Positions 34,637-47,614 of a stretch of DNA of 64,000 nucleotides are shown piece by piece (the stretch's first letter is position 1; the number at the start of each line of letters is the position of its first letter). The stretch spans positions 248,372,001 to 248,436,000 of the forward strand of contig NW_027362763.1 in assembly GCF_046119375.1 (NCBI RefSeq), read 5' to 3'. Below the pieces are notes generated by a model. That model ran no database searches. It was given only the letters and a program-made list of their open reading frames with translations, and was not told the origin of the DNA. This DNA comes from Phyllobates terribilis (taxonomy: Eukaryota). The position numbers were made by a program, and so were the translations under genes.

Positions 34637-36552
34637 CTGTAAAGAATGGAAAAGAAAAAGTTTAATCAAAATCACAGAATACAAGACAATTCCCGTAAAT
34701 ACAAATTGTAGAAGATACGTCTGTAAATTCATGTTAAGATGGAGAGATACCATTAGCTTTCATATGGTGGTTACTTCTAAAAGACGGGGTCCTGCCAACA
34801 CAGTAATGTGTCCCAGCTCTGGAGATGACAGGCGTCAGCTGCAGACCAACTATTCTGTAAGTACGGACCCTTTAAGCATCCCATGGTTGTGGTCTGCCTA
34901 AATATTACTGATACCCCATATGCATTTAATGTGACTGGCATCTTATCTTCTGACAGCCACTATAGGGTACTGCTCGCCATAAAGTTAGGGAACTTCGTTA
35001 CCATATGGAGACAGATCCGGTGTAGTAACTTATTGTGACTTCTCCAAGGATTCAAATGCCAGGCACTGATCATTCACAGGTCCCTACAGTCTGTTCTTCA
35101 CACTGAAGTAATGATGCGCAGTGCCCTGTCATGTGACCACTGCACACAATCATTGCCTGCAGCAGTAACACGTCAACAACACTGATCACAGCTGCAGGCA
35201 GTCATTAGCTAAAATAAAGATAATCACTGGAGCAGGAATCCTAGAAAATAGGCAAAGGATCATTACCAGGAGCGGCAGGGGATTGACAAGGCAAGTACAA
35301 CTCAAGGGGGAAAGTTTTATTAAAACTGGTGCAAAGGAAATGCAGAGTATTTCCCTATAATCAATTCTCCAGAGATCCCGTGAAATGTCAAAACCTAAAT
35401 CTGATCGGCTGCTACAGGAAACCACTCCACTTTTCCTCTACGCCAGTTTTGATAAGTCTCCATTTTTTATAGCATTGTGAACTGTAAAAAAAATAAAAAG
35501 TTATGTGGCGGCACAACCCTTAATGGTGACTAACCACCATAGACCGCAATGGAAATGTACATGCTACTCAGGGAAAAGAGGGGTGTCCGCACACAAGCAC
35601 CCATGAAGTCGGCACCCAACATATGTTATTGTACAGGAGACCAAGATACAAAGGACCAAATCTGAGGCAAGAAACTCTTAATGGCGTTAATTCTCTGTAG
35701 TGGGATGGAGAACCCAAAATACTCATCGTGATACTGCTCCACTCACAAAACCCCACAGGAGCCGAGCCACAGCTGTCAACTGCAGCGCCAGTGGCATACG
35801 ACCACGCACCACCAGCCCTCATCAGTGGCCCTGGCAGAGCTCCACTGTCAGACATATGATGTTGTAACCTGTGGATTGCATCAATTATTCCACTGACACA
35901 GTATACCTGAACCGGTGGATTACCTGACACCAATAATACACATGATAATATACCCCACTGATGAATGGAACAACAAGGGGCAGTCTACCATCAGGGAAAT
36001 GCCTTTCCATATGACATCTTACAGCACAGATAAGTCACAGAGGGAGGGTCACAGGCTTGGGTCGACTGCTCTAATAAAGTCTACTCCTCGCTAAACATAG
36101 CCAGGTATTGAATGACTGGCATAGCAGGTCCGCCATCAGCCGTATCTGACCCCAGATGTGCCCAGCACTCAGACTTAATATCCTCAGATGTACGGTTTCA
36201 CAGTGACATATGGCCGCTGCGGCACCACTACTCCCAGCAGACTTCCCCAATACATGGACAGCTGTGCAGGACACCATGCAGAGATCACAGGTAATGGTCG
36301 GCCACCACCTCCCGCTAACTAATGGCAGATAATCCCTTCGTTCCAGACATACACGTGACCCTAATCTCAGCAAACAATGTAACCTGCGAGACGACTACAA
36401 GAACACTGAACGATTAGAGCCAGTAGCAAAAAATATCAATCTCAGCCAGAGAGGAGACAGTCAACAGGAAGGAAACTGCTGTCAGGACGTCTTGACCACA
36501 GCGTCACCGGCCAGTGATGGGATCCTGGGGTGGTCGGGCAGTCGGCTGTTAC

Positions 36553-37129
<577 letters not shown>

Positions 37130-37132
37130 TTA

Positions 37133-37632
<500 letters not shown>

Positions 37633-37660
37633 ATGGCGCCTCCCATGCCGCTTCTGGCAG
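37633..37660 (+). CDS. EIF2A: EIF2A exon 1 coding part: MAPPMPLLA
   Basis: 28 nt, GT donor; frame joins exon 2; resembles human MAPSTPLLT. Confidence 0.9.
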
Positions 37661-38802
37661 GTCTGTTACTTCTACACGTATAGTAGCCGGTTCCTTCTAC
37701 GTGTGTATCCCGGTACTCTGACCGGTGGGGGAGCAGTGCCGACGTCCCCGTACTGTGTATTACTGGCTATTAAGCGCCTCACGTCTGCACCACGTGGTGT
37801 GGAGTCTACTACAGACTGACACGTGACAGGTGCAGACTCCAGTGCTGGGCACTTCCACAGCGAGCACGGTGCGGCGGGACCCTACAACCCTCCGACGGTG
37901 CGCATGCTTAAAGGGCTCCTCCGGGACACTATTATAGGGCTGAGAAGCCACAGGCAATTCCTTCCTACATGACTGTTCTTCTCAGGGCCAATGTCTGTCT
38001 GCACAGTCACATACCGCTGCTGCTGGCGATTCTAACCACCAACATCATGTCAACAGAGCAAGTACTTTTCTACGCGAGACTAGCAATGTTAGGCTGCCAG
38101 AGCAGGCTGTCAGTCAGCATAACTGCGGGGGTTCAGCTGTCAATCAGGAAGACGTCCTCAGTGATGCCCCATCTACAGAGCAGACTGGAAGAGGAAGAGC
38201 TGCTCTGGTGACTGGAAGTCAAATGAAGTCTCCTGCAGTGAAAGCTTTTAGCTTCCATAGTGTACAGCTAGTTTCCATGGAGCTTTGGCCCAGTGTTCAC
38301 AGGAGGTAGATGCGCTTTCCAGCTCATTGGTTTCTATAGCTCTCTTCTAATCACAATCTTCCCCACGTCACTCAGCATCAGCCATTTCCAGGGTAGATCT
38401 CCTGATCAAGACTCTCACTGCCTCTAGCTGTGTGCTTGCTCAAAGGCCTTGTTATTCCTATATATAAATATAGTGTTAACAGTGTAGACTCAGGACAAAC
38501 CCCCATTAATTTGTAGTAGCAAAATGAAGCTTCACTGATAACTGTCATCCCCAAGCAACCAGAAAGGGAGGAGAGAAAGTATACCTATGAGACAGTTTGA
38601 GAATACCTGTTTAACCCCTTAACGACCGCCGATGCTCCTAAAAACGGCGGCCGCTAAGGGGCCTTATTCCTTCATTGCTGTTTTAAAACAGCGATTGGGA
38701 ATAATAGAATAGCGCCGTCCCATGGCCGAAATTCCAGCGGGTTACAGCTGTGCATAACAAACCTGTAAACCCCGGATGGTTTTGGGGCCAATTAACCCCT
38801 TA

Positions 38803-39545
<743 letters not shown>

Positions 39546-39547
39546 AT

Positions 39548-39900
39548 GTGTAAATCTAGATGTGGGGAACAGAGCGCACAGTAGAGTGATACCCTATGGA
39601 AGGAGAGTAGGAGAGTGCTGGTTATGCTCACCTGATGGGCATGAAGAAAAACTGCTGCCCTGTGGCTGGTGGATAAATCCTTCAGAAGATATTGGATCCA
39701 GTTGGATGAACAAGATGGGAGTGCTTCTGGTGTAAATAAATTCTTCAGAGATGATGAGGAAAAAGGCTTTTTATAAACAACTCGTTTCAACACCGTACCG
39801 GTGTCTTTTTCAAGTGAAAAAACTTTTTTTTTTTTTTTCACTTGAAAAAGATGCTCGTATGGTGTTGAAACGCGTTGTGAATAACGCCCTGTAATCAAGC
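39548..39900 (-). mobile_element. Penelope pseudo-LTR-like fragment with an inverted duplication
   Basis: cacttgaaaaag..gttgaaacg.gttgt present on both strands around a poly-T at 39824-39838. Confidence 0.6.
39772..39881. ncRNA. Two inverted minimal hammerhead-like motifs with a U3-A8 core, both partly degenerate
   Basis: Stem I - UUGAAAA-A - stem II - GAAA - AC(GC)GU - U; minus copy 39772-39818, plus copy 39837-39881. Confidence 0.5.
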
Positions 39901-41699
39901 CAGTAAAGGCTAAACAAACAGCTGTGGGCTGATATTAATAGCCAGGGAACTTTTTATCTAATGGCCCCTTCTCCGGTTACTAATATTAGTCCCCAGCGGT
40001 CGGCTTTCCCTCTGCTGGTTATAAAAATGACGCGGGAGCCTATGCCATTTTTTTTTTTTTTAATTTTAGGCTTATGTGCCCACGATCCAGACATAGCAGC
40101 GCTTTGGACGCATATTTTTGCTGCGTCCAAAACGTTGCATTGAACGCAGGTAAATCCGCATGTGTTCACTGAACCATGTGGATTTATCGCATTCAATACA
40201 TTTTAGTGGTCAATTTTATGTTGCAGAGACTAGCGACTCCACAAGAGAGTTTGACATGCTGCGGTCCTGAAAGATGCGCCGCATGTCAGTGTCCGCGGGT
40301 GATCCGCAGCCTCAGATGCACGCATAGTGGACATGGGATTTCTAGAGATCCCATCCACTATACTGTAACATCTGGACGCTGCGGGTTTGATGCCATATTA
40401 AACACGCAGCGGCTACTGACCCTGGCCACGTACCCAAACTCATCCGCAGTAGGTCAATTTCTGTAGCGGACACGCCAGTCTCCGCTGCAGATTTTGACTG
40501 ATTGAAGTGTCATATGCTTTGGATTCACATGTACCGACAACAAAAGTGCAGCATTAGAACACTGCATTTTGGATGCAGCAAAAATACGCTGCTGAGTGCC
40601 GATTGGGGGGACGTAGTGGCTAACGAAATAGCTGTGAGCTGTTAATTATAGCCAGGGACCATGTTTGCCTCTTGGCAACTTCCTATGCTAAAAATAGCAG
40701 CTCACAGCTGCCCCAGAAATTACATGAATAGAAATGCTAATGAAGATTGGGTGAATGGGATTATCTGACACCTAGCTCATTTGTTTCGTGATGGTAAGGT
40801 GTCAATCAGACCCTTTCATCACCAAACCTAATTAAAGTAAAGAGTTAAATAAACACAGAGTAAACACTTTATTTGAAATACATAGACACATTCTTTAGTC
40901 ATTTAAATTAACCAATATACTCACACCAGTTCGGATGGTGCTCCAAAAAGCAATGTCCCACCAAATAATTTTATTTAGCTCCAAAAAGCATTCATTGAAA
41001 CGCTTAAAAAAGGAGATGCAGAAACGCTGCAGAATTTTCTGCTTCAAATCCTGAACGTGAGCACATAGCTTAAGCTGACTCTTACTGAGCACCATACATG
41101 AATGGCGCTCCTCTTTAAGGCATTAATCAACGTGTGAGAATTAAGGAGGCTCCTGTTACTGTGACTGAGACTTTGCATGCGGGTTTAGGCTTTCTTCTAA
41201 CATCTGTGATTTTTCATATCTGCAAAAAAATGGATTGTTTTTCAACAATTTTTGTTTGCTTTTCAAATACATCCTTGTTTTTTATCTCATATTTTTCTCA
41301 TATTTAAAAAAATAAATAAAATCAAAACCTGACACTTGAGAAAACACAACAAAGTTAATGTGTTCCATGTCCTTCCTGTTACAAAAAAAAGGATAGCACA
41401 CAAAAGACAAATACTGACATGAGTGAAGCCTTAGTTTGATTGGCAGATTGTACAAATCTTTAAAAAAAAATGTTTGTTTTTTTTCCGTTCACTTTTCATG
41501 GTCTGCTACTTTTACCAACTGAAGTCAGTGAGGAGATTATCTGTAATTAACAAAAAAGCAAGAGGGCACCACCCTGGTAAAAGAGATCAACCTAAAACAT
41601 ACCATATGAAGAATCACAAGCAACAAATAGAAGTATGCCAAACAAAAGAGATCACCTATAAATAATGATACTTCAATAGAAAGACCAGCCAAATAAAAT

Positions 41700-42225
41700 G
41701 TAAAACACTTAAAGCCCATTGGTTATATAAAAGACCAACTGCACAAGCTCATAATAGAGCAGTAGTCCACACTATCTAATAGCATGATACACAGGAAACC
41801 GATGATAAATACAATAATCATAAAAGATATGGTATGTCTCTGCACTAATATGGTGATTGCCAGGGCTGAACAGATGCAATAACACATAACCCCAATATGA
41901 TAAATGTAAAAGATCAAGGGTAATGAAAAACAAGCATGGCTTGTAGCTTATTTAACTGTATCATTTTTGTATTGCCCATCTCATTGTTTTTCATCACTCA
42001 CTCTTTGATCTTTTACCTTTATCATATTGGAGTTCAGGCTTATGTGTTATTGTATCTGCTCAGCCCTTGCAATCTTCATATTATGAATGAGACATATCTT
42101 TCATGATTATTGTATTTATAATCGTTATCCTGTGTATTATGCTATTAGATAGTGTGTACTACTGCTCAATTCTGAGCTTGTCCAGTTAAATCTTTTATAT
42201 AACCAATGGGCTTTATAAGTGTTTT
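41700..42225. repeat. Imperfect inverted repeat with arms of about 250 bp
   Basis: aaaacacttaaagcccattggttatataaaaga... versus ...tcttttatataaccaatgggctttataagtgtttt. Confidence 0.85.
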
Positions 42226-42228
42226 TAA

Positions 42229-42668
42229 AGGAAACCTGTCACCAGAAATAACGCTATTAACCTGCAGATATGCGGTTAATCTGCAGGTTAACCGCATTAT
42301 TATGCTGCCCGTCGCCTGCACGCAGAGGGGAGAAAATGGACTTTATTCTCCCCAACAGCATTCGGTTTCAGTCATGAGGGCGGCGCCTGTGCAGTCACCA
42401 CTCTTAATGACAACCGACCCCAATACAGAGGGAGTGTCAGTCAGTGCTGGGGGCGCGGTTACCGTGGCTGCCACTTTGTATACTCAGAGCGGCGACTGAA
42501 CCCGTGCCGCCTCCATGACTGAAACCAAATGCTTCCAGGGAGAATAAAGTTCATTTTCTCCCCTCTGCATTTGGCTGCATGCAGTTGCCGGGCAGCATAA
42601 TAACGCTGTTACCCTGCAGATTCCATATCTGCAGGTTAACAGCGTTATTTCTGGTGACAGGTTCCCTT
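42229..42668. mobile_element. T2/Kolobok-like palindromic MITE
   Basis: TTAA-aggaaacctgtcaccagaaataacg ... cgttatttctggtgacaggttccct-TTAA. Confidence 0.85.
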
Positions 42669-42672
42669 TTAA

Positions 42673-45600
42673 AGGGAATCTGTCAGCAGGTTTTTGCTAT
42701 GTAATCTGAAGACAGCATGAGGTAGGGGATAAAACACAGATTTCTGCCATGCCTCTCTTATCAAGCTCCAGGTTTTGTTTACTTACAATGATTGTTTTAG
42801 TACCAGGAGATTATCATTGCTGTGACTAGCTGGTATGTGAGCCCGGGTCCCACACGCCCCCTCCTGTGATATGCACCTCACGGTCTATAGACATTGTATT
42901 GTACCTCCATGTTCCTTGCAATGATCTGCAGCTAATCACTGGTATATATTTCTCATTCATCTACTTTGTTTAACTCATGATACTTTAAGGTCATCACACT
43001 TACTTTAACAGTTTATGATCCATGTAGAGTTGCCAGTCTGTTTTGTTTTTTTTTCTGCAGTTTTATGGTCTCCTGTTGTCTTAAGCTAGTTGATTGATTG
43101 CTAACGAGTTAAATCTGTGTATATCTAAGCAGATACGTCCCTATATATTGAGACATAGTCAAGGGGCAGCATTTATGCGCGGGCATTTATGCATAATTTA
43201 TCAAAGTGTCTCGGCAGTTAGATATGGCAGTTGGACAGGGCAGGAGACATGTACAGCTGTCATGCTCTCTTCACAATGTTATACCACACAGATCCATTCA
43301 TTCCCATCATACAACACAGGAAACGCTCTCACAAATCACTCAACCATCTGCTCACTCTCTGTATCTTCCTTCTCTTAGTCGCAGGTGATATTTCTCCTAA
43401 TCCAGGACCCTCCAGTAATAATAACACTAACTCTTTCCCTGTTACATTCAGAAACCCTGCTAATCTCATTAATATTCCCTGCATATCTTCTGTGTCATTC
43501 AACTGTGCCCTTTGGAATGCGCGCTCAGCATGTAATAAACTCTCTTACATCCATGACTTTTTCCTCTCTAATTCCCTCAACCTTCTGGCTCTCACTGAAA
43601 CCTGGATCCAGCAGTCGGACACCACCGCCGCGGCAGCTCTCTCCTATGGTGGCCTACATTTCTCTCATACCCCGCGACCTGACAACAGATCAGGGGGAGG
43701 TGTTGGTCTGCTTTTTTCAACAAAATGTACTTTTCAGGTTATCCCCCCAGTACCCTTCCTTATCTTCCCTTCTTTTGAGGCCCACACAGTCAGACTCTAC
43801 CGGCCCTTCTCCCTGCGAGTGGCGGTTGTCTATCGCCCTCCAGGTCCCTCCCGTCAGTTCCTGGATCACTTTGCTACCTGGCTTCCAAATTTTCTATCCT
43901 GCGACATGCCCACGATAATCATGGGAGATTTTAACATCCCAATTGGCGATCCTCTTTCCCCATCTGCCGCTCACCTTTTATCGCTAACCTCCTCCTTCGG
44001 CCTTTCACAGCTTGCTAATTCTCCTACACATGAAGATGGGAACACATTGGACCTGATCTTCTCCCGGCTTTGCTCAGTACATGACTTTACTAACTCTCCC
44101 CTTCCACTGTCTAACCATAATCTTCTTTCATTCTCTGTCAAGAACTGTGACTCTACTCAAGACCCCCCCACTTTCCACACTTATAGAAATATACATGCTA
44201 TTAACACCCAGAAATTTATGAAAAAGTTGCAATCATCATTGGCCCCAATCTCCTCCCTCTCATGTCCCGACTATGTATTGAAGCATTATAACGAAATAAT
44301 GCTATGCGCCCTGGATGAAGCCGCACCTCCTACACAAAGAACAATTCAGCATAGACGGTGACAACCCTGGCGCACACCTCAAACACGTCTTCTCCAGCGG
44401 TGCTCCAGGTGCGCTGAAAGGCTGTGGAGAAAATCTAATCTGCCCGAAGATTTCCTCCATTATAAATTTATACTGAAAACATATAACTCTGCGCTTCACC
44501 TCTCAAAACAAACCTACTTTAACAACCTCATAATCTCATTTTCCAATAATCCTAAACGACTCTTTGACACGTTTCATTCTCTCCTCAATCAAACAGCACA
44601 GGCCCCGATCACCAACCTCAGCGCTGACGATCTGGCCAATTATTTCAAAGAAAAAATTGACCATATCCGACAGGAAATTTTCTCCCAATCCCCAAACGTT
44701 ATGCATGCTCTCCCCCGCCACATTGTATCTTGTTGACTTTCTGATTTTGAACCAGTCACGGAAGATGAAGTGATCAGTCTCTTTGCATCGTCTCGCCCTA
44801 CCACCTGCACCAGTGACCCTATTCCCTCACATCTCCTTCAGTCCCTTGCTCCCGCTGTCACCACTCACCTAACTAAAATTTTCAACCTCTCCCTCTCATC
44901 TGGTATCTTTCCCTCTTCTTTTAAACACGCCAGCATACATCCATTACTTAAAAAACCATCCCTTGACCAGAACTGCACGGCCAACTACAGACCTGTTTCC
45001 AATCTTCCCTTTATCTCTAAACTCCTGGAACGCCTGGTCCATTCCCGTCTAATCCGCTATCTCTCAGACAACTCTCTTCTTGACCCTTTACAATCTGGTT
45101 TCCACTCTTTACATTCTACTGAAACTGCCCTCACTAAAGTCTCTAATGATCTACTAACAGCTAAATCTAATGGTCACTACTCCCTGCTGATTCTCCTGGA
45201 TCTCTCTGCAGCATTCGACACTGTGGATCACCAGCTCCTCCTCACTATGCTCCGCACTATTGGCCTCAAGGACACTGTTCTCTCCTGGTTCTCCTCCTAT
45301 CTCTCTGACCGCTCCTTCTCTGTGTCTTTTGCCAGCTCCTCCTCCTCTCTCCTTCCCCTTACTGTCGGGGTTCCTCAAGGATCAGTCCTAGGCTGCCTTC
45401 TTTTCTCCTTATACACCGCTCCCATTGGACAAACAATCAGCAGATTCGGTTTTCAGTACCATCTCTATGCTTATGACACCTAATTATACACCTCTGCTCC
45501 GAACATCACCCCTGCATTACTACAAAAGACCAGTGATTGTCTTTCTGCTGTGTCTAACATTATGTCCTCCCTCTACCTAAAACTGAATCTGTCAAAAACT

Positions 45601-46861
45601 GAACTACTCCTCTTTCCTCCCTCCACTAACCTACCTGTGCCCGATATTGCCATTTCCGTTTGTGGCTCAACCATTACTCCCCAGCAACAAGCCCTCTGTC
45701 TTGGGGTCATTTTTGACTCAGATCTTTCCTTCACTCCTCACATCAAATCACTCGCTCGTTCATGTCATCTACACCTCAAAAACATCTAAAAAATCAGGAC
45801 TTTTCTCACCTTTGACTCGGCAAAAACTCTTACTGTAGCTCTTATTCATTCCCGTCTGGACTACTGCAACTCTCTACTTATCGGGCTCCCTCTTACTAAA
45901 CTCTCCCCTCTCCAATCCGTCCTTAACGCAGCAGCCAGGATCATATTCCTCGCCAACCGCTACACCGATGCCTCTTCCCTGTGCCAGTCATTGCATTGGT
46001 TACTCATCCAATATAGAGTTCAATTTAAACTTATCACGCTTACCCACAAAGCGCTCCATGCTTCAGTACCCCCCTACATCTCCCCCCTTGTCTCAGTCTA
46101 CCACCCTACACGTGCCCTCCATTCTGCCAGTGACTTAAAACTAAAATCCTCCATAATCCGAACTTCCCACTCCCGTCTCCAAGATTTCTCCCGTTCTGCG
46201 CCAATTCTTTGGAATGCACTACCCAGAACAGTTTGTTTAATTCCCAATACCCACAGTTTCAAGGGGACCCTAAAAACCCATTTCTTTAGACTGACGTATC
46301 GCCTCCACACACTATCTGACCATCCCAGTTGCCCGTCCCAGTTTTCCCCCATATTAAAATCTTCAACTTCAGGTTCTTACCAACCATGCACATAATAGCC
46401 TCGGTCAGGACTGCACACATACTGGCCGGCGACCAGTCCATGTATTATTTATCCTATTTAGTATATCAAGGCTGCATTATACAATATATGTACATTCTAC
46501 CTTTTGTGTCTCCCCCATTTCCTCATAGACTGTAAGCTTGCGAGCAAGGCCCTCACTCCTTTTGATATGAGATATGTTTATTCTGTATTGTTTGTATAAG
46601 TCCCCCCTAAAATTTGTAAAGTGCTGCGGAATATGTTGGCGCTATAAAAATAAAAAAGAATAATATTATATTGTATATGCAGAGCCTGGTGTGGGCGGGG
46701 TTAGCTTCCTCAGCTCTGCTTCATTCTAAATCTAAAAGCACTGATTGTGTGAGAACTGCAGTACCCACTAATCTAAGTGATACATTGTTGGATTCAGCTT
46801 CTCTCTGCCTACATCAGGCTTCTCTCAGATGAAGTAGCAAAAACCTGCTGACAGATTCCCT
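42673..46861. mobile_element. T2/Kolobok-like MITE split by the L2 insertion
   Basis: agggaatctgtcagcaggtttttgct ... agcaaaaacctgctgacagattccct; shares a TTAA with the preceding MITE. Confidence 0.8.
42900..46669 (+). mobile_element. L2-clade LINE: 2A-like peptide, APE and RT in one frame (43231-46395) with four stops
   Basis: WNARS, TETW, GDFN, SNHN; [35 protein letters not shown]. Stops at 44359, 44734, 45481 and 45787; candidate 7-bp TSD attgtat. Confidence 0.93.
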
Positions 46862-47124
46862 TTACTTGTTTTTGTCTTGTCTTTTCAATAAAGTATCATT
46901 ATTTATAGGTATTCCCTTTTGTTTGGAATACTTTTTTTCTTTGTTGCCAGTGAGGAAATTATGCAAGCATTTTTCTTTACTGTATAGTGACCCTCTTGAA
47001 TATAGACATTGTCAGGGTTGCCCATAGAGATTTATCAGATGAGTTCTTTCACCTCCATACATTTTAGGGCATTTGTACAGATTTTATAATATTTAAATCT
47101 GTCTGAATTTTCTTGTTTCTCCAG

Positions 47125-47194
47125 TCCGAGGATCCGATGGACTTCATATGATCCAGGGGCCACCAAACATTGCAAATTTTGACTTGTTTCAACG
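47125..47194 (+). CDS. EIF2A: EIF2A exon 2: VRGSDGLHMIQGPPNIANFDLFQR
   Basis: 70 nt, AG/GT boundaries. Confidence 0.95.
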
Positions 47195-47614
47195 GTAAGC
47201 ACTGCACATATTTTCACACTTTTGTACATATAAAATGTTTAGGCTGTAACTTTATTTCAAGAGTGTACCTCAGAAATCTGGTCCAGCTTCAAAGAAGTGC
47301 TTACTAGCGCAATAGAACAGAGCTTGTAAGCACTGCACATATTTTGCCACCACTGCAAGACAGCAACAGTGGTCAGTCTCCTAGGCAATGAGCTGGAAAC
47401 AAAAGTGTTAAAGGGAATCTGCCAGTAGGGTCAACCCTCCTAAGCTGTTTATATGGGCATGCAGGTCATAGAAAGCTGAATAAAACGATATCTTAAAGGG
47501 AATCTGTCACCCCCTGGCACTTATCTGACCTCTAATATGGGCATACAGATGATAGAAATGTAAATCTATACCTACCTGTATGCCTCATTAGAGGTCTGGT
47601 TGCTGTGAAATGGC

